NCBI RefSeq assembly: GCF_031769215.1
Contig: NW_026782376.1
Span: 682,001 to 746,000 of the forward strand
Source: Ylistrum balloti
Lineage: Eukaryota
Direction of reading: 5' to 3'
Length of the DNA: 64,000 nt
The notes under the pieces were generated by a model. It was given only the letters and a program-made list of their open reading frames with translations, was not told where the DNA came from and searched no databases. Of this stretch, positions 27,001-61,422 are shown one piece after another (position 1 is the first letter of the stretch; the number at the start of each line of letters is the position of its first letter). Both the position numbers and the translations under genes were made by a program.

Positions 27001-28382
27001 CAGGTCGCAACCTTCCTACGTTATCGTGACACAAACTACCTCAATGCCCTTAGTCCAGCCCAGATGGAGGCAGACAAGGCCAGAATGGCAATCATAGGGT
27101 CTATAAGGTAAAATGTTATACCCTCCCATGCCTCTGTTATGTAATAGTAAGGAGTGATGAAAAATGCCCAGGCTCTACCAGGTCTCTGACTCAATTGAGC
27201 AAACAAGACTCACTCTAAAGATAAATACACTTGATCTGCTGTTCAAGTAAAGGCAAATTCCCACTTGTCCAGACTAGTCACAACCCTGGTTATTTATTTT
27301 CAAGTAATCAAAAAATGTTCATTTTCCTATGCAGCCTCCACTATTACAGTAATTAGTGACCCCAAATTCACGATAGGAAGGAGTAATATAATGTCAATCC
27401 TGACCCCACTTAGGCTCAAATTAATGAACGTTTTGCTCCTTAACCAGATAATCAACCTTTGGATAAAGAGAAATACACAAGTCAAGAACAGTAATGTGTC
27501 CTGAATGTATATCCATTTGTCTTCTGTCAGAATAAATTTTGAGGAAAATTTAACAGGTATTTTCATTGATTTCATGGACTCTCCTCATCCATGAATATAT
27601 GCATATTTACCTGAAATTAGATAATTAAATGTTAAAAAGTTGATATAAATTTTTTTAAGTTTCAGTGGATTTCTTCAGTATCATATACATCAATGAAAAG
27701 AAGTGTCCAGAAAAAATGATTTGTGAAAAAGTATGTAATTTTGTGCGATATGAAATATATGATCTTGAGGTTTATTTAAGTCCTTGATTTTATGTATAAG
27801 GTATGGTAAACCTCTGGTGTTGGATATGATGGAAGTTGACATGTTCGACACTGTTACTATGAGGTTTGATGAAATTCTTGAGGGCCTCATGGGAAAGATT
27901 ATGGACAAAAGTGTATTGGAGGAAGAAATGTAAGTATTTTCTCATGGTAATTAATATATGATTAAAGGTTTCTCCAGGCCTGTTAGATTTTAATACTTTG
28001 TTTGATTATTATATAAGATACTTGAAAACTAATATTTCAGAGAAATCAAATGTCAAACACTAAAGAGAGTAATCATTAAAGATGAAAGCTTTTAAAACAT
28101 TTACATCACTTAGGAAACATTTCTCTATGAGAGATTTTTCTTGTCATATACAAATTAACTAATCTGGGTAATGGTTTTGTCATTTCCAATTCATATGTAT
28201 TATTCATTCTTTACAGATACTTAAAATTGGTGAAAAAATCAGATGGAGACGAGTACGCAAAGACAAAGTTCAATGACTTACGGACAAAAAATTTCCGATT
28301 TTTCATAATCACTAAGAATCCATATCCTCCAGATGAATTATTGGAACAAACCTATGTCATCCGCATGTACGTACCTACCTGA
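18039..28382 (+). CDS. IQANK1: IQ motif and ankyrin repeat domain-containing protein 1-like, 578 aa, 14 exons: 18039-18153, 19572-19774, 20448-20612, 20975-21104, 21331-21455, 21705-21767, 22172-22311, 22768-22822, 23487-23579, 24315-24429, 25593-25695, 26973-27107, 27801-27929, 28217-28382
   Basis: All GT-AG, phases consistent, 1737 nt in total. P/A/K-rich N-terminus (MPPKKPVPAKAP), IQ motif (AARKIQCKIRQFLAKK), ankyrin repeats (NTPLSEAA; GADPNTKGQFGRTPLYRAAFAGH; GADPRI), coiled coil, and C-terminal WPLIIDP...FLRYRDTNYLNAL...RYGKPLVLDM. The symbol rests on recalled architecture, not a database search. Confidence 0.9.
19040..19108 (+). mobile_element. tRNA-derived SINE head remnant
   Basis: tagctcgatcgtttgagcattagactagtaagc...ttccatgttccattgtctagcagaggca has degenerate A/B-box spacing but cannot fold as an intact cloverleaf. 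Confidence 0.45.
20191..20275 (-). mobile_element. SINE remnant (tRNA-like head plus V-domain-like core)
   Basis: On -: ggtggcgcagtggtagcatactt ... tttcactgggtacttcggttc. Confidence 0.4.
20685..20835. repeat. About 47-bp AT-rich tandem repeat in IQANK1 intron 3
   Basis: taatatcacattct recurs. Confidence 0.65.
25920..26690. repeat. Degenerate about 31/62-bp minisatellite (atagaggtggcctttatagacaggt) starting at a tagtcaaacctg end; probable non-autonomous DNA element
   Basis: The repeated motif is visible throughout 26050-26670; the matching second terminus is not clearly found. Confidence 0.7.
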
Positions 28383-28560
28383 TGGCGTTTTCATCGCCAT
28401 GGATTCTGGAATCCTGATAAATTAAGCCGAATGTACAAATTATTAAGAAGAGATCTGAATGTTGAAAGTTGTTGGTAAAGCATAATTTATTGTTACAGTA
28501 GGGAAATTTAATGATTTTCAGTTTGAATGCCAATTGAAAAAACATAAATAAGAAATATGA

Positions 28561-28566
28561 AATAAA
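28561..28566 (+). terminator. Candidate polyadenylation signal AATAAA for IQANK1
   Basis: AATAAA about 180 nt after the stop codon. Confidence 0.4.
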
Positions 28567-29564
28567 ATTACTTGAAAAAGTCAGAAATGTAGATGACTAA
28601 GGTCCAATTGAAACTGGAGTCTTTTATAGACATGCAAATGGTAGCTATGCAAGATGTTACTAGTACTGGGTCTGTAAGATCATTGAAAATATTGCTTGTC
28701 TAAGGTGCTTTTATCAAAAACTACATGTAAAGGTATTCTGAATTTCCTGACATCAGTCCCAAATGAACTTATTTCATGTTTATGTTGAATTCCCTTAAAT
28801 ATTTGCAATTTACTCCTGAAAATATCCTTCACAATTTACCAATTTCCCAAGATGGGGGTAAAAAGGTGTCTTCCCAAACCAGTGAAAGAAAAAGTTTTTT
28901 CTGCCTTCCTGTAGTTAGATACATGTATATGTAATCACAGTGATATGTTTTATCTCTATCAAAGCCAAATCAATAGTAAAATATACATTGTATACAATAT
29001 TTAGCTGTGGTAAATTATCTTACTTTACCAAAGTATAACAAGGTAGGAGACTTCACTTTCACAGAGTTTGGGGTTCCATTCCACATTAACTTTTACACTA
29101 TCATCGTTAAAAAAGTGGATCACAGTACTTCATGTGCTGCAAGGTTTTTTATTCTTTAATTGTAATTCTAATAGAATAAATTATGATAAGCAATGTACAA
29201 TCAAAATGTATAATAATTCATTACATTGGTCTCTACTGTACAGGGTAATTGATGTGTCATATCATTTGTTGTAGAGGTACAGTTCTATTTAAAAATGGAT
29301 AAAAAACTTTTTCAACAGATCAGCTATCACCTTTGATTTAGATAGACATTTTATCTCCTTATGAGAGTTGTGCTGTAAATTTGAAACCCAGTGGTAGAAT
29401 ATCCACTTCTAAGATCTCCATTACCTACGGACATTGTTCTGGATGTTTTTAGCTGGGACTGGAAGTAAAAACATGGAAAACTGTATAACTCCAGTCTTTC
29501 CCAGGGTTTCCATGGACAAAATATGTTGTCCATGGGAAATCAAAGCCAGGCATGTTTCTATAGA

Positions 29565-29660
29565 GAATACATGGTCAGTGTCTTAAAATATCAGCTGTAT
29601 ATTTAGCAAGGGTCCCAAGTCAAAATACAGCTTACATTCTAAGACACTGGCCATGTATTC
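29565..29660. mobile_element. Short palindromic element (about 38-bp arms), probable MITE remnant
   Basis: gaatacatggtcagtgtcttaaaatatcagctgtat ... atacagcttacattctaagacactggccatgtattc. Confidence 0.6.
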
Positions 29661-30933
29661 TGTTTATCCTGCAACATTGAATGAAAATCAGAAAATCGAA
29701 ACTTCAGTAGTTTGTTCTTCAGTCTTTGTTTACCTGTCGACGTTTTGCTGAATTTTGCCCGATGACGTTCACCAAAATAATTGCTCTGTGCAGAAATGTA
29801 GTTTCAAAATTTAATGGATATGACAGTGATTTTATGAATTTTCATAAATAAACTTATTCATTACAACAAATAAAATCACTTATTTCAACAGTTATTTATA
29901 TTATTAAACATATTTTCAAAGTAAATTCAGAGAGTATATTTCAGTTGAATTACCGCACATGCTAAAACACAGCTGCTTTCCGTCACTAACAAACACAGCA
30001 AAAATATATATGGCAGCTGTGTTTTGACAATGGCACTGCCAGGTACATGATAAAGTTCAATTGTTGTTTTATATAATATCGTCCAATAATGTATACATAC
30101 ATTGTAAAGTATGGAAAATGTACATATTGGAATCTTATACTGTAAATCACTAACATTTTGTGTGGAATTAATTTTTGCATCAATACACGAGGAGAGTCAA
30201 TCACTAATTCAAATCCCTTGCTGGTATTTGTACTTAAATTAGTCTTGCTGGCATCCATGTCAATTGGGTATGACTCCATGTTCATTCGAAAATTTAAAGG
30301 CATTACTGGATCAACATTCGGGAGATCATGTATTTCAAATATGTCTGAAGTGGTAAGTTTGCAAAATAATTCAGAGTAATATTAAAGATTAAGCTGTTAT
30401 TCCAATATGCATAAAGCTGTATACCAAGGTAGTGCACAACCGAGAACTTGCGTATGTAAATACCTCTAGCTATATAGGTAGAAAATAGCCTCAACTTCTC
30501 TAAATATTGGATAGAAATTTTTTCAAAGGAACATTTAATTTTGTTTTAACTGTAAATATCATTGAAATTATTTTAATATATCTTTACTAACATCATGTTT
30601 TATTAATTTCATTTTACTGTAAATCATGTGTTTGTAAACAGAGAAGTTTTCAAAATGTTTCTTCAAAACAATTTTATGTCCAGTCCATGTAACTACATCT
30701 TGGAGATGTAATTAAAATCTTTTATCTATGTTTTGTTACTTTTGTATCTAGATTTTACAATTTAAGGTATTAAATTACTATTTTTATAAATTTTGTAGTT
30801 TGTTGATTTGTCACAGAATACAGTGATAAAATATTAACTATAGGACTTCCTTAGATACGTTAACCGCTATCACTACTTAATTAGCTTAACTGGTAGTATT
30901 ACCGTAAAAATTAAGCATTCTTTTTTGCTAATA

Positions 30934-31748
30934 TGAGGGCTGATTGATAAGTTGTGAGCCTTGCATTGAAGAAATTAAGAAGGGATGTCCTTTTTCCACT
31001 TTACTCTTCCCTGACAATTTAAAGCTGTGTACCCTAAGACTAGTGTCATTTGGTCAGTTTATGTTGAAGAATTAGCACTATAAAGTAAACAAGGCAAAAC
31101 CGAAAAAAATAGTTGGAAAGAGCAGTGTGATTCAACATTTCCATAAGAAAGGTCAAGTAAGTAAGGATATCCATACTGATATGGTAGCAACACTAGGGAA
31201 TGATGCCCCTTCATATGCTACAGTGAAAAGGTGGGTGGCCGATATTGCCATGGCTGACGGGCGAGTTACAGAGAGATATAGAGCCAGTGCAGCTGGGATT
31301 TCACAATAACGATTACATACCATACTTACGGAAGATCTTGCAATGAGAAAGCTTTCAGCCTGTTGGATACCAAGACTTCCAACAGTTGATCTGAAGCACA
31401 CCAGGCTCTTTATCGCATGCTAATCAAACCGTTTAGGGGCAGATCCTGTGGCTTTGAATTGATTAAGCCTTTGTCTTATTCACCTGATCTCGCTCCATCA
31501 GACTTTCATCTATTTCCAAAATTGAATTGAAAAAGTACCCAGTTTCATTCAAATGATGTCATACCTGCAGTGGAGGACTTTTTGAATGGTGAAGAAAAAG
31601 ACTTCTTTAAAAGTGGCATTGAGGCCCTGAAACATTGCTGGCAAAAGTGTATAGATACTGAAGGGGATTATGTTGAAAAATAATGCAATATGTCTACCAG
31701 AAGTAAAACCGTTAAATATGGGGCTCACAACTTATCAATCAGTCCTCA
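30934..31748 (+). mobile_element. Internally deleted, non-autonomous mariner element (815 bp)
   Basis: TIRs tgagggctgattgataagttgtgagcc / ggctcacaacttatcaatcagtcctca (1 mismatch), TA on both flanks. Transposase remnants: HFHKKG...DIHTDMVATLGNDAPSYATVKRW, RKLSACWIPRL, YSPDLAPSDFHLFPKL, WQKCIDTEGDYVEK*; most of the catalytic core is missing. Confidence 0.93.
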
Positions 31749-33646
31749 TATATCTAGTCTTAGATCTTTACGCATATTTTACTTTTTTTATTTTCAACAG
31801 CCTTATGCTTGGTAATAATCCCACTCAATATAATTACTGCTCACTAACTAACAGATTCTATTTCATTGACAAATAATAAGCCCACCCCAGGAGTCCGAGG
31901 TCACCTCCCTTGGCTTATTTCATGATAAACTGTCAGTATTTACCATCTGATAGCTTCAAAATTTGTAGTTAGCTGTAAGTTAAATACAGGAAAATATAAC
32001 CTGGTCTTATAATACTTAGATATCCTGTACAGATTTGACCTATGAAATCAAAACCCTTCATTTAAGCCTCATGCTATCTTCTACTGCAAAAATTCTTGAT
32101 AAGTTATTGATAGAATTTAATGTATTTAGGTCATCTCTTGGGTCCAATTCAGTGGCATTCCAATTGCATAGTTTCATTCTTTCTTGAACTTTTGTGAGAA
32201 ATGACAAAGATTTTAGTGAACAACAATACACAGAGAAAAATATGGATACTATCAGAAAGTTCAGTGCGCTACAAACTGCTTATGTTACAATGATAGCTAA
32301 ATGGTCTTAATGGAAGCATTAAGGTTCACAATGTTCAAACTCTAAAGAGATTTCAGAAGGACCTTGACCCGTACCATTAATTTGATCTTTGTCTTGTTCT
32401 ATAAAAGTTTTGATCTTTTCTCTTCATTTCTATTTTCCTTGTAATAATCATATGCATTCTATAAATTCCATTTGAGAAATAGTGATAATAATCCAAACTT
32501 GCAATGTGTCTGCCGTTTTGTTTCACTGATTAGTCTCAAAATTAAACAAGCACAACTAGAGACATGCATAGTTATGAAATTTGAGAAGATGTACCAAGTA
32601 CAAACTTTCCCCATTGAAATCAAAGATGGCCACATGTTTGCCATTTTGGTATTTTGATCAGTCCCAAAATCAGAAGAGCACATCTAAGGCCAAAGGGGAA
32701 CTATCTTATGAAATATGAGAAAGATCCACTCGTTAAAAAAAAGCAATAACAATCTATGTTTATTAGAAACCAAGATGGCGATTTAGCTTTCTACCTAAAT
32801 CAATTATGAACTAAGGACCAGAGTGAACCTAAACACTTCTCTAGAATCAATGATAAAAAAATGTTTTTAGGACAGACGACAAAAGTAGGGCAGTTTGAAC
32901 AACCAACTATCGGATGGTGATGATGGTCTAAAAAGACAACAAACAACAGTAGTATTTGATAGATGTTTATTTATGGAATTTGTGAAACAAAAGAAAACAG
33001 ATTGCCATGTATGATGTGTCAATAAGCCTAACTGTGGCCTAATTTCCATGCTTGATTTGTCAATATGCCTAACTGTGGTCCCGTAGGCAAAGGGTTCAGT
33101 GTTGCACTAGGCCTCTAGGGCAAGGATTAAAACTACCCTACAGTCCCATCACAGAGTCACCCTTCATTCTCCTGGTAGGGAGCTCCTGTCAGTGCTGGTA
33201 TCTTAGAAGTAAAAATATACCAGTAACATAAATAATTCAATCACTGTGTCCTCCCAAAGTATTACATGTTTGATAAAACACGCAAACAAAAATCAGAAAA
33301 CAGAAAGATAAATAAAACAGAAATTGTGTAAATATAATAATCATAATACTGAGAGAAAATAACGCCCTTTAGAGTGGGAAAAGGAGGGAAAGGGAGAATC
33401 TCACCTGAAGTGAAATAATTCTAAATACTTAAATCTATTTTTACTGACGTTTTATAACGAGAACCTGTCTCAACTGACCCACATCCTTCTAATCCTGGTC
33501 TTAATCTGTACTAGAACTATTGTGTATTTAACAGCCATGCCTCGTCATTCTGACCTATCTTAATGTGTATAATACTAACATTTAAATACGGTTAAACAAA
33601 ATGATACACAAAAATGTCATCCAGTACTTTAGCAACATAATGATAC

Positions 33647-34072
33647 AAAACAACAGACCTATGGGCCTTAACAGTCACCTGAGGTCTTCAGGTCTTGGGA
33701 CAGCTTTAGAGCCTGTCCATTAGTTCCAGCTTTAGGGCAGACAAAATGGAAAATGATATAGGAGAACTAACAAAGTTTATATTGTTTTCAAGTTTAAAGG
33801 CTTAATATTAAATCAATTGGAACTGAAAACACTGTCTGTTGTTGTAGTTCAGCATATTTGACCCCTGTGACCTTGTAAATGAAAGACTAGGTCATTTATT
33901 TGAACAAACTTGGTAGCCCTTCTTCCCAACATGCTATTGACCCAATACCATGACTCTTGGCTTTTTGGTAACTGAAAACAAGTTGAAAAGTAAATGATGC
34001 ATGACGCCGGAGAAAAGATGATTGCAATAGGTCACTTGAGACTAGTCTCAGGTGGTCTCAGATGACCTAAAA
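33647..34072. mobile_element. Non-autonomous element remnant (probable Helentron-associated, HINE-like)
   Basis: aacaacagacctatgggccttaacagtcacctga start, tcaggtggtctcagatgacctaaaa end, gtcacctga/tcagg subterminal inversion, inserted in an A-run. Family assignment is inferred. Confidence 0.55.
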
Positions 34073-34319
34073 TTGTCATCCAGTACTTAAGCTACATAAT
34101 GCATTATTGATGATTACCCAACCCTCAATTAATTCTCTCCGACCTGTGAATTTATCACACTTCAAAACATGTAATGTTTACAGTGTCATTAAATTGTGTT
34201 TCGCTCTCCCAGTTTTTAATCAAAATTGTTTAAAAGTTTTGGTTATATCTGTTTCCATTTAGTTTAGATATACTGAAAATATGTATTACAGATGCTGTAC
34301 AGTTGATCATGCAGGTCTC

Positions 34320-34415
34320 TTTAATCCAGTCACCACTAATCTTGTCATCCCATCTGGTATTAATCCAGTCACCACCAATCTAGTAATCTCATCAGGTATA
34401 AATTCTGTCACCAAA
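34320..34415. repeat. 39-bp tandem repeat, about 3 units
   Basis: ttaatccagtcacc at 34321 and 34360 plus a degenerate third copy. Confidence 0.6.
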
Positions 34416-36289
34416 TCTTTTCAAAATCCAAGCAATGCATCTGAGACCATTATTGCCCTCTTCTGATATAGATACACAACTGTTTGGTTGTCCTGCCATT
34501 TCATAATCCAACAATTCTACTGGATATAAAAAAAGGCTACAATGAGGAACAGATAATGTCCTAAGGTGACTGGATTGTCTATTGGAGTGGAGGTGGTGAA
34601 TTACCTTTGAGAAAGAAGTGGTAGAGATTTTCTACATGGAAATGAAAATGGAGTTGGGTGGACTATTACTAATAACATTGACTAGATTTCCTATCATGAA
34701 AGACAGTAACTGAAATTTTTTTCAAGGAATGAAAGGAACACGTTTTTGTCTTCTTGGGCTAAAGTTGACAGGGTTTATAAAGAACTGGATAATCTACTTG
34801 AAACAAAAGTGACAGGATAATATCTTGAGAAGAGAATGGATTATCTACTGAAAACGAGACATTTTTAAGATGCAATAAACCTAAAACTGGATTATCTCAT
34901 GAAGAAAAAACAATGAAAGGCAGTGGGGTTACCCTGCTACTGGTAATAAAGGTGGAGGATGACTGGATTATTGAAAATACCTGTACAGTATCTCTTTATG
35001 AAGAACTCTTTTTGGATTGGAGGCTGTATTAATGTCACAGGTTGCATATTTATTTAAATCATTAGAAAACTATGATGATGTGATCAATCATTGAAGAAAA
35101 TCAACTCACACAAGTGTTGCACCCAAATCCCTTAATCTTCAAAGTGATTCATACATGTTCATGTCAGGAGATTTTTCAATACAGACAGCCAGTAAAAGTA
35201 GTTTGGTTGTATACTGCACTGAAGACATTACAAAAGAAGTTAAAATATCATTGGATTTCCTTTTAGCAAAAGACACCTGAAGACTGTATAATAAGATAGA
35301 CCGCAAATATATGGTTGGGGATTAAAAGTTTTCATTAGAAGTGATCTAATATAGAGGTTAAATAACTATGAAATATATTGCATTGGGACTTGAAACCAGT
35401 GGCATTTAAAGTCTTTTTCATCAAGGAATATTCTATTGTAAATGTATAGGAATTTTTGCACAAAAACAAATATAAATAAAATTAGAGGACATGGAAACAA
35501 AAATTTGAACAGAAATTTCATAAGCTGAACTTAAGAGCTAACACTTAATAGGTTGCCATTACAAGACCAACTTTCATTGAATAGAAAAAACACTTAAGTG
35601 AAACAAAATACTTGTGGTTGCTTCAGCATATACCTCTGTTGCAAAGGAGAATACTCTATCTGGACCAAGTCAAAGAAAAAATGGCTATAACAAAACTTTT
35701 CTTGTATTATGTTTTCGTGTCCATTGGAACCCTTTACCAAATAATGATTAAAACTGGTACAAAATGTGTGAATACTAACATGGTAGGTAATACCAGAACT
35801 ACTTCTGTTGTTTGCTGGTATCTATAGATTAGATATAAGTTCTTCTTGTTAACAATAAATACAATTAACAACTTATCAAGACAAGGTTACACAATGCAGA
35901 AAAAATATGATTGTTATTTCTTTACTTAAATCAAGACCACAATAAAAGACATTTGTGCAACAAAATTCTCAAAGTGAAAGAATTTATATTCTAACTGAAA
36001 TTGTATTGATGAGAAAATGTTTTCTTCAGGAATGAAAACCACCTAGAATTAAACATTATTTTGTGACTCTGTTATGTTGCTTAAGATATACTGTACATAT
36101 ATATATTGGAATCATTAAATTATCATACTTTACATATTCAAAATATTATGATTTTTTACAATTGACATATTCATGTACAACTCCTCAATTAACATAATAA
36201 ACGAGTGAAATTGTATTATTAACTTACCTATGTAAAACTGTATATTTTATTCACATATGATTAGACATGTGATGATGTTTCATTAATTT

Positions 36290-36430
36290 ATATGCCCATA
36301 TAAAGCTGTACACCTCATTTACATAGCCCTGTAAAGCTGTACATCTAATTTACATATTCATGTCAAGTGGTACATCTAATTTACATATTCATGTAAAGCT
36401 GTACACTTGATCATGTAAAGCTGTACAATT
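36290..36430. repeat. About 31-bp degenerate tandem repeat
   Basis: tgtaaagctgtaca...atttacatattca recurs 4-5 times. Confidence 0.6.
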
Positions 36431-39400
36431 ATTTGGATACATTTTAGTACTATTTGCTTTTATGTATAGGAAAAAGTTTAATTCTCAACCTCCATATTAA
36501 TTAAAACTTTCCACAAAAATAGAATCTTTGCACTACATCAAAAAATAAAATACTATTTACATGCATCTACAAAATTACCTACAACACTAGTTCTTATGCA
36601 GTATAAGTCAGTGGATCTATAACATAGAATTCAAAACTGCATAAAAATGCTTATACTCAACATATGCGTTTGTATGCTGACAAATGACCCTATTACTTAA
36701 AGTCATATTCCTGTTATAAGCTTTATCATGAAGTGAAATTTAAATGCTTTTGGTATCTTTGGAACTAGCTGATAAGTTCCAGTGAAAGAAATACGATAAT
36801 TGGTAAAATATTTTGTCCATGAAGCCTTCCTCTGTTTTATGTATATTAGATTACAAGTCATGGTAAAATGTGAACATTTCACAATATTCTACCCAAGTAC
36901 AAAAATTATTATTCAAAATTTAAATTTCACTCAAGATTATCCTCTAGACTTCATATTGTTAAAATGGCAAGAAATTCTGTAAATGTTTCCCTGTGGATAA
37001 CTGGCTTTGATATCTTTAAATGGTTAGTCGAGAGAAAATATTACAAATTTAAACAGTCAGTTTGTCTGCTGAAAAAGCTGACTGATTATACCTACAGAAA
37101 TCATATGTCCCCTGCTGTACTAAATTTCCTACCACCCTTACAAATATAAATATAAAAGCAGAAGGCAATAAATAACCCATTTCAGAAGCTAATTATTTAG
37201 CAGACTGAGCAAATAATGAAGGAAAGACAACCTAGCTATAACACTGGAGTATGCTACTCTCATTTAATGCAGGGAGGGTTCAAATGCTTAAAAAGAAATT
37301 AGAAATTAAAATTCACAATCGAAACTTTAAACAACAAAAGAATAGTTTTAATCAAAATCTCACATAGCACTACAAATTATAATAAATCACATCTCTATAA
37401 GTTAATAAATTACAATTAAAAATAAGTATCATACAAATTAATGTTGTTTAATGAAGTACAAACATCTTTCACCCTCTTGAACATATATTTTAATTGTTTA
37501 TCACAAGTTCAACCTCAAACCCTAAACAACCTTGTGAAGGCTAAAGGAAACTACCATAAAATTTGCACAAAAATCAGTTGTGTAAGATGTGTGGTACATG
37601 TGTATTAATCATTATCATAATAGTAGTCAATATTATATTTCTCACTCCACATCTTTCCAAAGAGGCAACAAATTAGTATTCTTAAAGGCAACTCAACATT
37701 TTGAAATACACAAATGTTTACAAATTAAAAAAAAACTGCAGAAAAAGAAGTGATGTTTTTGGAACTTTTCACACACTGAAGATACAATTTCTTGTTTTGT
37801 AAAAATAATTTCAAAAAAATAATGACACATGTTAAATGAATATGTCCTTGTATATCTTTTTGTTGGTAAAAAGATATCTATGGAATTCATTGGAGTAAAT
37901 TTTAAGTTGAATGAAACATTAATTTCAACAAAGAACACAATTTAGCACCAATCACTGACATGGTGGCAATCTCTACAAAAATAACAGCATTTCAACAACA
38001 TACAACTAGATACAGAGGGACTAGATAGGGTTGATAAAACTACACATTGACCTCATTAAAGGACTAAAACTGTAAAATTTCCTGCAGATTTCTAGGTTAG
38101 AGTCAACATTAAATACAGAATTTATACAATCTTTATGTCAAGGTTTAGTACATTATATTTTATCCTCTAAAATAAAATCTTTACTCAGATCTGATAAACT
38201 ACACTGACAAAGGCAGAATACTTTCTAAAGAAATAGATTATTGACATGAAATATGCAAAACTCTGATATTAATATCTCGGGTCTATAATGACACTGAATA
38301 CACAGCAATTAATATCTAGGAAAAACAAGGGATTTTTTTTGAAATTCTTTACCATTTCTAAGCCATGATAACCAACAAACTAGGACTCTCTTAAATAAAA
38401 TATATCAAACAAACTTCAGTATTCAGTGAAAAAAAAACTACAATAAAATTCTTACTTAGAACCTTTACATTAATTTCTTTTAAACATTTAAGAAATGTTT
38501 CTGATTTAATTCTTTAATAAAGGGACTCTATTCCACGATTTTCAAAGGTGGAAAAAACATGGAAGAAAAGTACAAAAAAAAAAGACAATGAAATGGAAAA
38601 ACATAGTCTACTTTCAAGGCCTTCCATGAAAAAACACATCTTTTCTGCATCTAAATTTTGGTAAACACAGGAAGCATAAAAAGAAAGTAACTAATTATAA
38701 TTTTTTTAAAATTTTTTTTTGCTTGCTCTTCTCTTGAGTCGTTATATTTTTTAAACTGAAACATTTTATAGACAACTGATTTTGTTGATAAGTAAAGCAA
38801 ACTTGAAAATGTCTAAGAAGAATATGTAAAAATCATCAGTATATGTAAAAAAAAAAGCCATAACTATAATCAAGTGTGATGATTCTTTTTTCAATCTTTC
38901 TGGATTTCATAATTCCCTTTTCACTTTCAATAGTCATGATTTTTAAATATTTCACATCTCAAAATAAGTTTCCATTTTTTTGTGACAGTAGATCATTAAC
39001 TTATCTCAATATTGCTGTGAAAGGTACTTTATATCACATTATCAGACTAAGAATGGAATGAGTTGATTATATCACAGGAGTGTCACTTTGGGATACCTTC
39101 GACATATTTCTAAGTACAATATGTCCATCTTTTAAGTATAATTAAATAGAGAAAAACAGAGAAGAAACAATTAAAAAATTGATATGTGACTCTAGGGTAT
39201 ATTTAGATTACACAAATGTTCACTTTTAGAATTGAATATTCACAAATATTCCTGAAATTCAAAAATTCATGGCTTAATGATTCATTATCTTCAAAAAAAA
39301 TAAATAAATAAATAAAAATCAACTCCCACATGGTCAAACATATTTAGATACCAATGTTTATTACATGTATGCAGAAAGATTAAGAAAACTGAGCAAAAAA

Positions 39401-40792
39401 AAAAGTTTACTAAACAATTAATTGAGAAATATTTTTGTAAACAAAAAATGTGAGTTTGAACCCCTGAGCCAGCAATTTGATCTAGAGTCATCAGAGAGTG
39501 CTACCAGGTGATGTGTTTAAATTTTCACTCATACAATGTACATTTGTATTATCTTCAGCAGCACATCAACTTCAAAACCAAAAAGACAAATGTTTATGAA
39601 ACGGAAATTAAGTTGGTAATCATATCATTACAATAAGAAAACCTAAAAATGTCTGTGACTACGATTATCCTCAATTCTGGTAATAATTTATCAAATATCA
39701 TAATGGTTCAAAATACGAGTCTATTTGATTGCACAAATCTGATGAGTGTCAAAACTAGGAAAAAGATATTCTCTTAATGGCCGATGGTAGAGTATTTACT
39801 GAATGATAAGTTTGTCTTTATCAACAAAACTATTCCTCTAATCTTTATTATGCAAAGTTTAAAATACTGGGCCTGTAAGGACGGGTAATCTGAGGATAAG
39901 TATTGAGGACGACATTCACCTGACAGGAAAAATCAAATAAACCATGGATAGGAAATCTATGTGTTGGTCAAAAAGTGAAAAATAATGAGCTGAACTAAAA
40001 TCACATAAATTGGAATATGTTTTAGGTAGAGGGCGAGATTCAAAACATACGATTCTTGTGTACGAACAACCATCACACATTATGTAGAAATGTGTATATT
40101 AAGTAAACAAATAAAAACATACATAAAAAAAATCACCAACTAATCTGCACTAATTTGCTTGTAATATATAATTTACACCTTCATTTACCTGTTATCTGTA
40201 CCAAGATCAAGTAACTGAGAATTAATGTCCTTGACCTTTTACATCTGATATTGTTTATTATGCCATCAAAAAGCTTATTGCATTAATATGAAATGAAGAA
40301 TCCTTCTGCCATCATTTCCATGCACTTTTGTAAACAACTAATCATTGGGTATTTCATCCAATCTTCTAACATCTTTAAATAAATCTTAACAATCAAAAAT
40401 ACATGAACACTGTATTGATTGTAACATTATGTCAAAAGTGTACAAATTTAGAACAAAATGGGTTATTCCTTAGAAAACCTTCCTTGAAAGAAAGAAAATT
40501 ACAAAAAGTAGTAGACTAATTTTTCTCTTCACAATTACCTTAGAAACAAATACTTCAAGGTCAGAGTTTGTTGATGTAACAGACAGAAAAATAAAAATGT
40601 CCAAACTTCTACCTGAACCAAAGTAAACAAATGTATTCAACACTTACCACAGTCTTTTCCTCAGAACATTAACACAAAAGTGAAGTCTAAGTTCGTTAAG
40701 TAGAACTATAAAATCTTAAATATGCAGACAGTGTGTCAACTTCTGAGTTTGGTTGAATAATTGAAATACAGAATGGGATAAAAACGTGTAAT

Positions 40793-61422
<20,630 letters not shown>

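Noticed and set aside
33612-34101. 31-bp direct repeats flanking the 33647-34072 element as a long TSD
   Set aside because: They have 3 mismatches and fit insertion into the A-run of a pre-existing about 39-bp tandem duplication.
19040-39510. tRNA genes at 19040-19108 (+) and about 39461-39510 (-)
   Set aside because: Degenerate boxes and unpaired stems; better explained as SINE heads.
4455-39770. CTGATGA cores (about 4459, 9680, 10351, 13574, 39743) as hammerhead ribozymes of Penelope-like elements
   Set aside because: None has a pairing stem II followed by GAAA with the required flanking stems.
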